Shown: one piece after another, positions 10,133 to 19,664 of the stretch
How positions within the stretch are numbered: the first letter of the stretch is position 1
Layout of the letters: the number at the start of each line of letters is the position of its first letter
Notes under the pieces: model-generated
Seen by the model: only the letters and a program-made list of their open reading frames with translations
What the model was told of the DNA's origin: nothing
Database searches by the model: none
Program-made: the position numbers and the translations under genes
Assembly (NCBI GenBank): GCA_963784525.1
Contig: CAWART010000020.1
Span: 23,844-87,843, forward strand
Reading direction: 5' to 3'
From: Candidatus Aminicenantes bacterium
GTDB taxonomy: Bacteria; Acidobacteriota; Aminicenantia; Aminicenantales; Saccharicenantaceae
DNA: 64,000 nt

Positions 10133-10644
10133 GGGCGGGCGTTCGCTTCCTGCTGCTTCCGGATCTTCTTTTTCAACAGAGCGCGCTTGAGCGGGGACAG
10201 GCGTTCGATGAAGAGCTTCCCGTCGAGGTGGTCGATCTCGTGGCAGAGGGCTCTTGCCAGCATGTCCTCGCCTTCGACGGACGTCTCCCGCCCCTCGAGG
10301 TCCAGGCCCTTGACCAGGACCTTGTAGGGCCGGGCGACCTTTTCGGTGATGTCCGGGACCGAAAGGCACCCTTCTTCGCAGACGACCTGGCCCTCCCGGG
10401 CGACGATCTCGGGGTTGAGGAGGATGATCAGGTCGCCGGGGTTCTCGCCGATCGAGAGGTCGACGACGATGAGGCGCCTGCTGACGTCGACCTGGGGCGC
10501 GGCCAGACCGACGCCCGGGGCGGCGTGCAGGGTTTCCACCATGTCGCCGGCCAGGCGGACGAGGGGCTCGTCGATCGCCGTCACGGGATCGGCCTTCCGG
10601 GCCAGCGTCGGGTGGCCGATCTTGAGGATCTCTAGGATAGCCAT
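10129..10644 (-). CDS. def: peptide deformylase
   Basis: 171-aa ORF. GVGLAAPQV, EGCLSVP and HEIDHLDG motifs. Confidence 0.95.
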   Translation of the reverse strand: MAILEILKIGHPTLARKADPVTAIDEPLVRLAGDMVETLHAAPGVGLAAPQVDVSRRLIVVDLSIGENPGDLIILLNPEIVAREGQVVCEEGCLSVPDITEKVARPYKVLVKGLDLEGRETSVEGEDMLARALCHEIDHLDGKLFIERLSPLKRALLKKKIRKQQEANARP

Positions 10645-10697
10645 GGGATACGCACCTGCGGTCCCATTTTAGACGAAGCCCGGAGCGAGTTCAAGAG

Positions 10698-10724
10698 AGG
10701 TCGGGGGTTCGCGACCCCCGACCT
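10698..10724 (-). terminator. GC-rich hairpin downstream of the OPT transporter gene (possible terminator, no U-tract on the minus strand)
   Basis: AGGTCGGGGGT / TCGCG / ACCCCCGACCT, a perfect 11-bp stem with a 5-nt loop, 12 nt after the OPT stop. Confidence 0.4.
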
Positions 10725-10735
10725 CCGGCTTTTCT

Positions 10736-12761
10736 TCAGATGACGGCCGACGGCGGCGGCGGCTCGTCGGGCGCGCCGGCGTTCTTGAGCGGCACGGCGA
10801 CGAGGTAGAAGCCGATCAGTATGAGCACTGCGATCCCGAGGAGATAGCTCGGGTTGGCGAAGATCGTGGGAATGTCGAACGCGATGACCTTCTGGAAGAA
10901 CAGGAATTTCCAGAGCGCCCGCAGGAGACCGGTCAGGGCCTCTCCGGCGATGAGCCCCGCGGCGAGGAGGATGCCGATGTTCTCCGTCCGCGCCTTCTGG
11001 GCCGCGTTGAGCTTCCGTTTCTCGCTGTACCGGGTGACGATCCCCTTGATGACCCCGCCCATGAAGATGGCGAACGTCGTCTCGAGGGGCAGATACATGC
11101 CGACGGCGACGAGCATGGGCGAGCTGACCTTGACCAGAATAAGGGCGAAGCCCATCAGCATGCCGACGATGACCAGGGGCCAGGCCATCTCGCCGCCGAC
11201 GATGCCCTTGGCCAGGGCCGCCATGAGGCCGGCCTGGGGCGCGGGCAGGTCCTTGCCCCCCAGCTTGAAGGCCCCGATGAGGACCATCAGCGGGAAGTAG
11301 AGGACCATCGAGGCGATGAGGACGCCGAAGATGTTGCCTATCTGCATTTTCCAGGGAGTGCCGCCGAGCAGGTGCCCGACCTTGAGGTCCTGGAGCATCT
11401 CGCCGGCCACGGCCGAGGAGACGCAAACGACCGCGGCGACACCGAGGACGGCCGCGACCCCGCTCGGTCCGGTGGCCCCGATGACCACCATGAGCAGGGC
11501 GGCGATGATGAGCGTCGAAAGGGTCAGCCCGGATATGGGATTGTTCGAGGATCCGATGGTCCCGACCAGGTTGCCGGAGACCGCGGCGAAGAAGAAGCCG
11601 GCCACGGCCATGACGCCCGCGGCGAGGAGCGCCGGCGGGAAGGTCCCGGTGAACATCCGGTAGACGAAGACCATCATGACGAATACCGCCAGGAGGCCGC
11701 CCAGGACGACCTTGATATTGAGGTCCTTCTCGAGCCGGGAGCTGACCTCGGCCTGACCGGCGGCCTTCTTGACGTCGCCCAGGGACCGCTTGATCCCGGC
11801 GGCGAGGTTCTTCCGCATCTTATAGAGGGTGTAGCCGGCGCCGACGAGCATGCCGCCGACGGCGATCGGCCGGATGATGAACTTCCAGACGTTGGTGACC
11901 ATGTCCGGCCAGGCGACCGCGGCCATGTCCGCGCCCGGCCCGTAGAACCGCTCGATGAGCTGGGGGCCGAGGAAGTACATGAGCAGGGGGGCGAAGAGCC
12001 CCCAGGCGAGGACGCCGCCCGCGAAGTTGAGCGATGCGAGGCGCGGGCCGATGATGTAGCCGACGCCCAGGTAGGCGGGGTAGATGCCGGGGCCGGCGAC
12101 GGCCACGGTCCCGCCGACATCGAGCTTCGGAGACGCGGGGTCGGCCCCCAGATCGGACGAAGCTCGCGCCCATCTTCCCGACCTTCAGGATGAACTCCTT
12201 GCTGGCCGCGAAGAGCTGGACCACGCCGAGCGCGTAGAGCAGGGATCCGAGCCCCATGGCCTGGAAGAGGTGCTTGGCGCCCGCGCTGCCCTTCTGCCCG
12301 GCCTTGTGGATCTCGGCCGCCGCGACGGATTCGGGGAAGGGGAGGTCGGGGTCGGTGACCATGACCCGGCGCAGGAAGGTGACGAACAGGATCCCGAGCA
12401 GGCCGCCCACGAACATCAGGAGCGTCGATTTGATGTAGGCGTCGAACGTGTTGAAGTTCGTCCAGGCGCCGACCATCAGGAAGGCCGGGATGGTGAAGAT
12501 GGCCCCGGCCGCGACGGACTCGCCGATCGAGCCCACCGTCCGGGCGATGTTCTCCTCGAGGATGGAGCCCTTCATCAGGCGAAGGACGGCCATGCCGATG
12601 ACGGCGGCCGGGTAGGTCGCCGCGATGGTCATGCCGGCTCTCAGGCCGAGGTAGGCGTTCGCCGCCCCCAGGATGACGGTCATGATGACGCCGAGAATGA
12701 CCGCCCGCAGGGTGAACTCCCGCATCTCGGTCTTCTCGGGGACATAGGGTTGATGGCTCAT
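10736..12761 (-). CDS. OPT family oligopeptide transporter, interrupted by an apparent frameshift near 12107..12170
   Basis: The N-terminal part is in track ORF 11820..12827 (start MSHQPYVPEKTEMREFT at 12761, preceded by AAGGAG). The C-terminal part is in ORF 10736..12106 (LGVGYIIGPRLA...). Together they form one polytopic OPT protein. Confidence 0.85.
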
Positions 12762-12889
12762 CAAGCGCTCCTTGGCGATGGATTTTCCTAAGCCCCATGT
12801 ATACGGGAATTCCGGGCGGAAAGTCAAGTCCGGAAGCGTGGCCGCGGGGCCTCGGGCGGGCCCCCGGCCCCCGCTTTCGACGAAGCCTG

Positions 12890-12918
12890 TTGCTCGAATC
12901 GATAAATTGTGCTAAATA
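12890..12918 (+). promoter_or_regulatory. sigma70-type promoter candidate for the mreB operon
   Basis: TTGCTC (12890..12895), 17-nt spacer ending in TGTGC, TAAATA (12913..12918). AT-rich island upstream of mreB. Confidence 0.4.
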
Positions 12919-12940
12919 TGGCCTTTGTGAAAAGAAGGAC

Positions 12941-13978
12941 ATGCCGATGAGCATTACGAGCTGGATGAAAAGAAGGTTTTTCTGCGACCTGGCCATCGAC
13001 CTCGGGACGGCCAATACCCTGGTCTTCCTGAAGGGCAAGGGGATCATCGTCCAGGAGCCGTCCATCGTCGTCATCAACAAGGCGACAGGCAAGGTGGAGG
13101 CCGTGGGCGCCCGGGCCAAGGAGATGCTGGGAAAGACCCCCAACACCGTCATCGCCATCAAGCCGATGCGCGACGGCGTCATCGCCGATTTCGAGATCGC
13201 CGAGAAGATGCTCGATTTCTTCATCCGGCGGGCGATGAACAACCGGGGCTTCCTCCTCCGACCGAGGATCGTCATCGGCATCCCGACCGGGATCACCCAG
13301 GTCGAGCGCCGGGCGGTCAAGGACGTCGCCATGAGGGCCAAGGCCTCCGAGGTCTACCTCATCGAACAGCCCATGTCGGCCGCGATCGGAGCCGGGCTGC
13401 CCATCTCGGAGCCCACGGGGAACATGGTCGTGGACATCGGCGGCGGCACGACGGACATCGCCGTCATCTCCCTCGACGGCATCGTCTTCAACCACTCCAT
13501 CCGCACGGCCGGCAACGAGATGGACGAATCGATCATCCATTACCTGAAGAAGAAGTACAATCTCCTGATCGGCGAGCGGACGGCCGAGCTGGTGAAGATC
13601 CAGATCGGGTCGGCCTACCCGCTCGACGAGCCCCTGACGATGGAGATCAAGGGGCGCGACCTGCGCGAGGGCATCCCGAAGACCATCGTCGTGGACGACC
13701 AGGAGATCCGCGAGTCGATCGAGGAGGTCGTCGCGGCCATCATCAACGCCATCCGGATCGCGCTCGAGCGGACGCCGCCCGAGCTCTCGGCCGATATCAT
13801 CGACCGGGGCATCATCCTGACGGGCGGGGGCGCCCTGCTCAAGAACCTGGACAAGCGCATCCGGGAGGAGACCCAGCTCCCCGTCTTCATCACGGACGAC
13901 CCGCTGACCAGTGTCGTCCTCGGGGCGGGCAAGATGCTGGACGATCTCGAACTCCTGAAGAAGATCTCTCTCATTTAG
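12941..13978 (+). CDS. mreB: rod shape-determining protein MreB
   Basis: DLAIDLGTANTLVF, VVDIGGGTTDIAV and ILTGGGALL actin-fold motifs. The ATG at 12941 is preceded by GAAGGA. The upstream part of track ORF 12797..13978 is not conserved. Confidence 0.95.
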   Translation: MPMSITSWMKRRFFCDLAIDLGTANTLVFLKGKGIIVQEPSIVVINKATGKVEAVGARAKEMLGKTPNTVIAIKPMRDGVIADFEIAEKMLDFFIRRAMNNRGFLLRPRIVIGIPTGITQVERRAVKDVAMRAKASEVYLIEQPMSAAIGAGLPISEPTGNMVVDIGGGTTDIAVISLDGIVFNHSIRTAGNEMDESIIHYLKKKYNLLIGERTAELVKIQIGSAYPLDEPLTMEIKGRDLREGIPKTIVVDDQEIRESIEEVVAAIINAIRIALERTPPELSADIIDRGIILTGGGALLKNLDKRIREETQLPVFITDDPLTSVVLGAGKMLDDLELLKKISLI

Positions 13979-13998
13979 ACCGGGATCCGAAGAGGTCC

Positions 13999-14835
13999 AT
14001 GCCGCCGTTCTGGAAGGACAGGAAGAACGTCATCGTCCTCGGCGCCCTGGTCTTTGCCCACCTCGTCCTCATCTCCGTCCAGGTCCCGCTGGGGGCGGAA
14101 CGGACGCTCTTCGACCGGACGGTCTTCGGCGTCTTCGCCCCTCTCCAGCGGGCGGCGGCGGGCGTCGCGGCGGCCGTCTCGGGCTCCTGGAACGGGTATT
14201 TCCATCTCCGCGGGGTCCGGTCCGAGAACCAGGACCTCCTCAAGGAGCTCTTCTTCGCCCGGCAGGAGAACCTCTTTCTCCGGGAGCGCCTCCGCTTCCT
14301 CCAAGGCGAGGCGAAGATCCGGGAGAACATGGCCGTTCTCCAAAAGACCTTCGTGGCGGCCCGGGTCGTCGGCATGGACGCGAGCGACCCCTTCAAGTCC
14401 CTGGTCATCAACCGGGGCGCGGCGGACGGGGTCCGGGCGAACATGGCCGTCTGCGACCGGAACGGCAATCTCGTCGGGAGGGTCGTGGAGCCCGTCGTCT
14501 TCCGCGAGGCGAAGGTCCAGCTCATCACGGACGCCGAGGCCGGCGTGAGCGTCGTCTCCGGGACGGACCGGATCGTCGGGGTCCTGGGCGGCGACGCCGG
14601 CGGCGGATGCCGGCTCCGCTACGTGATGAGCACGACCCCGGGCGGACAGGAGGGAGAGGATCTCTTCACGACCGGATTCGACAAGCTCTTCCCCCCGGGG
14701 ATCAGGGTCGGCCGGATCACGGCCATCCTCACGGACGCCTCTCTGTTCAAGACGATCAGGGTCGCCCCGTTTTTCCGCTTCAACGACCTCGACCAGGTCG
14801 CGGTGATCACCGAGCGGTTCGAGGAGCTTTTCTGA
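13999..14835 (+). CDS. mreC: rod shape-determining protein MreC
   Basis: 278-aa ORF. N-terminal TM helix, coiled-coil ENQDLLKELFFARQENLFLRERL, and the C-terminal MreC beta-domain (VINRGAADGVRANMAV...GFDKLFPPGIRVG). Confidence 0.9.
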   Translation: MPPFWKDRKNVIVLGALVFAHLVLISVQVPLGAERTLFDRTVFGVFAPLQRAAAGVAAAVSGSWNGYFHLRGVRSENQDLLKELFFARQENLFLRERLRFLQGEAKIRENMAVLQKTFVAARVVGMDASDPFKSLVINRGAADGVRANMAVCDRNGNLVGRVVEPVVFREAKVQLITDAEAGVSVVSGTDRIVGVLGGDAGGGCRLRYVMSTTPGGQEGEDLFTTGFDKLFPPGIRVGRITAILTDASLFKTIRVAPFFRFNDLDQVAVITERFEELF

Positions 14836-14836
14836 G

Positions 14837-15329
14837 ATGCGCGGGATGCCTGAGGGACATCCTGGAAGCCGCGGCCGCCGTCCTGGCGGCGTTCGTCCTC
14901 TACAGCCTCGCGGGCCGGGCCCATCCCTCCTTCGTGCTCGTCTTCAACGCCTTCTCCCTCGTCGTCATCCTGTTCTCCGTCTGGAAGGGCGAGGTCTTCG
15001 GGGCCGTGCTCGGAACGGCCTGCGGGCTCCTCCAGGATTCCTTCTCGCTCGGCGTTTTCGGCGTCGCCGGGCTGTCCAAAACGCTCATGGGCTTCGCGGC
15101 GGGATTCGTCTCGAGGAAACTGCAGATCGGCCCTTCGTTCCGCAACTTCGTCTTCATCTTCGTCTGTTCGGCCGGCGAGCTGGCGGTCTGGACCTTCCTG
15201 TACGCCCTCGTCTTCTCCCGGAAGATGGCGTCCGGGAACGCGCTGATCCTCTTCCAGCCCCTGGTGACGGCCGCGCTCGGGAGCGCGCTTCTGGCGCTCG
15301 CCCGGAGGCTCAAGTCGCCCAAGGCGTAG
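14837..15329 (+). CDS. mreD: rod shape-determining protein MreD (start uncertain; possible +1 indel at 14854..14856)
   Basis: Hydrophobic reading frame ...ILEAAAAVLAAFVLYSLAG...GLLQDSFS...LFQPLVTAALGSALLAL, positioned between mreC and mrdA. This frame has no canonical start near mreC. An ATG at 14837 lies in the adjacent frame. Confidence 0.7.
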
Positions 15330-15335
15330 GGTTCG

Positions 15336-17136
15336 ATGTTCAAGAAGGACAGGATCTACGAGGACCTTTCGCTCATCCTCCGGCGGGTCCGGATCGCGTT
15401 CATCGTCGTGGCCGGCCTGTTCGCACTGCTCCTCGCCTACTACTGGAAGGTCCAGGTCCTCGAACACCCGAAGTACTGGCGGATGTCCGAGGCCAACCGG
15501 CTCAGGGAGAGGACGCTCCCGGCCCCCCGCGGAGTCATCACGGACCGGACCGGCCAGATCATCCTCGCCGACAACACGGCCGGCTTCAGGGTCTCGATCA
15601 TCCGGGAGAACATCAGCGATCTCGGAAAGACCTGCCGGGAGGTCGCCCGCCTGCTGGAGATCGCCGAAGCCGACCTCAGGGCCCGGATCGACAAGTACCG
15701 GGACACGCCCGCCTTCGAGCCCGTCGTCGTCAAGGACCAGCTGACCACCGAAGAGGTCGCCCGGATCGAGGCCCGGCAAGTCGGACTTCCCCGAACTTGA
15801 AGTGGGGATCGAGCCCAGGCGGGCGTATCCGTTCGGGTCGTCGACGGCCCACGTCCTGGGATATCTCCAGGAGATCTCCCCCGAGGAGCTCCGGTCCGAG
15901 GCGGGCCGAGGCCGGCGGATAGGGGATATGGTGGGGAAAACGGGCATCGAACGGCAGTACGAGGAGGTCCTGAGCGGGGAGGACGGCCGCCTGCTCGAGG
16001 TCGTCGACAGCTTCGGCAGGAGCCGCGGGGAAATGACCCGGGAAGAGCCGAGGCGGGGCCGGAGCGTGCGGCTGACCCTGGATTACGACCTCCAGCGGAT
16101 GGCCGAGGAGGTCCTCGAAGGCAAGGAAGGCGGCATCGTCGTCCTGGACCCGAAGAACGGGGACATCCTTGCCCTGGCCAGCTATCCGAATTTCGATCCG
16201 GTCCGATTCATCAACCGATTCACCCCCGAGGAGTGGATGAGCCTGGTCGGCGACCCGAGCTTCCCTCTCGAGAACAGGGCGATCCGCGGCCTGTACTCGC
16301 CGGGCTCCATCTTCAAGATCGTCATGGCCCTGGCCGGCCTCGACGCGGGCTACGTGAATGAGGAGACCTCCTATTTCTGCAACGGGGCCAAGGAGATCTA
16401 CGGGGCGGTCCGCTCGTGCTGGTTCAAGCCCGGGCACGGCTCGATGAACCTGGTCAACGCCATCAAGAACTCGTGCAACATCTATTTCTATACGCTGGGG
16501 CAGAGGATGGGCATCGTGCCCATCGCCTCCTATGCGCGATTGCTGGGGTTCGGGCGGAAGACGGGCATCGACATCCCGGGCGAGAAGGAGGGCCTCGTTC
16601 CCGACCCGGATTGGAAGAAGAGAACGACCGGCGCCGTCTGGTACCGCGGCGAAACCATTTCGGTCGCTATCGGCCAGGGACCGCTTCTCGTCACCCCGCT
16701 CCAGATCGCGGAGATGACGGCCTGCGTCGCGAACAGGGGAGTTCCGGTGGTCCCCCGGCTCGCGGCGGCCGAGGGCGTCCCGGGGGTCACGGAAGACCGG
16801 GTCGCCGTGAAGAGGAGCGCCTTCGAATCGGTCATCAGGGGGATGTGGATGTCGGTCAACGCCGGGGGGACGGGCCACGGCGCGCGAGTCGAGGGGTTCG
16901 ACGTCTGCGGGAAGACCGGATCCACCGAGTTGATCAGCAAGGAGACGGCCGAGAAACTGGCCCGGCGGGGACAGAAGGTCCCCAAGACCCACTCCTGGTT
17001 CTCGGGCTTTGCCCCGATGTCGGACCCGAAGGTCGTGGTCACGGTCCTCGTCGAGTTCGGCGGGGGAGGCGGGGCCGCCGCCGCGCCCCTGGCCGGCCGG
17101 CTGTTCGACCTTTACAGGAAGAAATATGATCGATAG
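15336..17136 (+). CDS. mrdA: penicillin-binding protein 2 (elongasome transpeptidase), split by an apparent +1 indel at 15789..15792
   Basis: Track ORFs 15336..15800 (TM helix plus dimerisation domain) and 15802..17136 (SPGSIFK active-site SxxK, KNSCN, KTGST). Removing one C from the CCCC run gives the continuous sequence ...ARQVGLPELEVGIEPRRAYPFG... Confidence 0.9.
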
Positions 17137-18217
17137 GCGCGTCTTCCGGGACATCGACTGGGTCCTCATCGGGCTTGCGCTCCTCAACGCCGTCATCGGC
17201 GTCGTCTTCATCTACAGCTCTTCGCATTTTCTGCCGGGGAACTATCACGTGAGGCAGGCCGTTTTTATCCTGTTCAGCCTGGCCGTCCTTTTCGTCGTCC
17301 TCGCGGTCGATTATAAGGTCCTGATGACCTATTCGCCTTATTTGTACCTGGCATCGCTGGCCGTCCTCGTCGGCATGCTCTTCTTTGCCAGGCTTGTGGC
17401 CCACACCAAGAGCTGGATCACGCTCCCGTACTTCCAGATCCAGCCGTCGGAGGTTGCCAAACTCGCGGTCATCCTCCTCCTGGCCCGCCTGTTCTCGGAA
17501 TACAAGAAGACCACGCTCGCGTCGCGCACGGCGTCGCTGGCCGTCCTCCTCGTCATCATTCCGGTCCTCCTCGTCGCCGCCCAGCCCGATCTCGGGACGG
17601 CCATGACCTTCCTCCCGATCCTTCTCGCGGCGTTCTTCCTGGCCGGCCTGAAGAAAAAGACCGTCGCCATCCTTCTCGTCGCCTCCGTCGCCGCGGGGAT
17701 CGTCGGCTGGAACTTCGGGCTCCGGGACTATCAGAAGCGGCGGCTGACCACGATGTTCAATCCCGGCCAGGACCCCCAGGGCGCCGGTTACCATATTCTC
17801 CAGTCCAAGATCGCCATCGGCTCGGGCGGCCTGACCGGCAAGGGATTCGGCAAGGGATCGCAGAGCCAGCTCCGGTTCCTCCCGGCCCGCCATACCGATT
17901 TCATCTTTTCGGTGATCGGGGAGGAGGCCGGGTTCCTCGGCGTCTTTCTCGTCCTTCTCGCCTATTTTCTGATGCTGGCCCGCATGTTCGCTTCGGCGGC
18001 CTACGCCAGGGACAGGGCGGGGGTTTACATCGTTTTTATGGCCACGATCCTCATCGCGTTCCAATTCTTCATAAACGTCATGATGATCATCGGGCTTTTC
18101 CCGGTGACCGGAGTGCCGCTTCCCCTGCTGAGCTACGGCGGCTCATCGTTGTTGTCGAATTTCATCGCCATCGGCCTGGTCGTCAACGTCCGGATGCGAC
18201 GGTTCGCGAATATTTAA
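17126..18217 (+). CDS. rodA: rod shape-determining protein RodA (SEDS family)
   Basis: The conserved start MIDRRVFRDIDWVLIGLALL is at ATG 17126 inside track ORF 17009..18217. Polytopic, with SEDS motifs (HTDFIFSVIGEE, GVPLPLLSYGGSS). Confidence 0.93.
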   Translation: MIDRRVFRDIDWVLIGLALLNAVIGVVFIYSSSHFLPGNYHVRQAVFILFSLAVLFVVLAVDYKVLMTYSPYLYLASLAVLVGMLFFARLVAHTKSWITLPYFQIQPSEVAKLAVILLLARLFSEYKKTTLASRTASLAVLLVIIPVLLVAAQPDLGTAMTFLPILLAAFFLAGLKKKTVAILLVASVAAGIVGWNFGLRDYQKRRLTTMFNPGQDPQGAGYHILQSKIAIGSGGLTGKGFGKGSQSQLRFLPARHTDFIFSVIGEEAGFLGVFLVLLAYFLMLARMFASAAYARDRAGVYIVFMATILIAFQFFINVMMIIGLFPVTGVPLPLLSYGGSSLLSNFIAIGLVVNVRMRRFANI

Positions 18218-18327
18218 AAAAAGCCCGACATGCGAGAATGGCGGGACGAGAGGGACGATCGAAGCTCTAAGATTAGGGGCGGGATAAGCGGGAATACCGG
18301 ACCGCCGATCTCGAAGAGGAGGCGCGC

Positions 18328-19551
18328 ATGAGCCATGGGACACAGGACGGTCGGGTCTACGGATACCGGTGGGTCGTGCTGGGCGTGTTCGTCTTTGTCG
18401 CCTCCATGACCCAGATCCTCTGGATCTCGTTCGCCCCCATCACCGGCGCCGCGGCGAAGCACTACGGGACGTCCGACATGAACATCGGCCTCCTGTCCAT
18501 GGTCTTCATGGTCGTCTATATCCTGATCGTCCTGCCCTCGGCCTGGGTGATCGACACCTGGGGGTTCAAGGCCGCCGTCGGCATCGGATCCGTTCTTTCG
18601 GCCGTCTTTGCCCTGACCCGGGGGATCTTCGCCTCGGACTTCACCCTGGTCCTCGCCTCTCAGACCGGCATCGCCCTCGGCCAGCCGTTCGTCATAGGCG
18701 CCATCACCAAGGTGGCGGCGCGCTGGTTCCCGCCCGGGGAACGGGCCACGGCTTCCGGACTGGGGACCCTGGCCCTCTATCTCGGTCCGCTGGCCGCAAT
18801 GCTGCTCAGCCCATACCTGTTCCTCCGCATCGGCATGCAGCGCATGCTTCTCCTCTACGGCGCGGGGATGGCCGTGGCCGCGGTCCTGTTCCTGGCCTTG
18901 GCCAGGGAGAAGCCGCCCACCCCGGCCGGGCCGGACGAGCGCACGCTGATGTTCGACGGCCTCAAGTCCATGCTGCGCCGGCGCGACTTCCTCATTCTCC
19001 TCGCCATGTTCTTCGTGGGACTGGGCATGTTCAACGGGGTCGCGACGTGGATCGAGGACATCGTCCGGCCCCGCGGATTCACGATCTCGCAGGCCGGACT
19101 TCTCGGCGGCCTGATGCTCGTCGGCGGCATCATCGGAGCCGTCGTCATCCCCATTTTCTCCGACAGATCGAGGCGCCGGAAGCCGTTCCTTCTCGCCGCC
19201 CTGATCGGGCTCATTCCGGGCCTGCTGGGCATGGGTTTCGCTCCCGGCCTCGGATGGCTCCTGCTCTCGGGCTTCAGTTTCGGCTTCTTCCTGCTGAGCG
19301 CCGGGCCCATCGGGTTCCAGTACGCGGCGGAGATCACCCACCCCGCACCGGAGGGGACCTCGAACAGCCTGCTGTTGGTCATGGGCCAGATCTCGGGGAT
19401 CATCTTCATCTTCGCCATGAACGCCGGCCGATCCGCGGCGAACGGGGCGATGACGGCTTCGATCGTCGGCCTCGCCGTCCTCGCGGCGGGGGCGGCCGTC
19501 CTCGCGGCCTTCCTCCCCGAATCGCCCATTTATGGACCCGGCCGGCGCTGA
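18328..19551 (+). CDS. MFS transporter
   Basis: 407-aa ORF with about 12 hydrophobic segments and an MFS-like loop (WFPPGERATASG). GAGGAGG RBS. Confidence 0.85.
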   Translation: MSHGTQDGRVYGYRWVVLGVFVFVASMTQILWISFAPITGAAAKHYGTSDMNIGLLSMVFMVVYILIVLPSAWVIDTWGFKAAVGIGSVLSAVFALTRGIFASDFTLVLASQTGIALGQPFVIGAITKVAARWFPPGERATASGLGTLALYLGPLAAMLLSPYLFLRIGMQRMLLLYGAGMAVAAVLFLALAREKPPTPAGPDERTLMFDGLKSMLRRRDFLILLAMFFVGLGMFNGVATWIEDIVRPRGFTISQAGLLGGLMLVGGIIGAVVIPIFSDRSRRRKPFLLAALIGLIPGLLGMGFAPGLGWLLLSGFSFGFFLLSAGPIGFQYAAEITHPAPEGTSNSLLLVMGQISGIIFIFAMNAGRSAANGAMTASIVGLAVLAAGAAVLAAFLPESPIYGPGRR

Positions 19552-19664
19552 GCCCGGTCCGCTGGCCCTTCGCGGTTCTTGATTATGGAGCCTTGAATAG
19601 CGCTCTTGTCCCGCCATGCCCGCATGGCTCGCATGTCCAGCCCTTTTCTTGTATCATAGGCCGC

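Noticed and set aside
11674-13341. A 555-aa minus-strand ORF spanning the OPT 5' end and mreB.
   Set aside because: It is out of frame with OPT and antisense to mreB, with low-complexity Ser/Arg/Pro composition.
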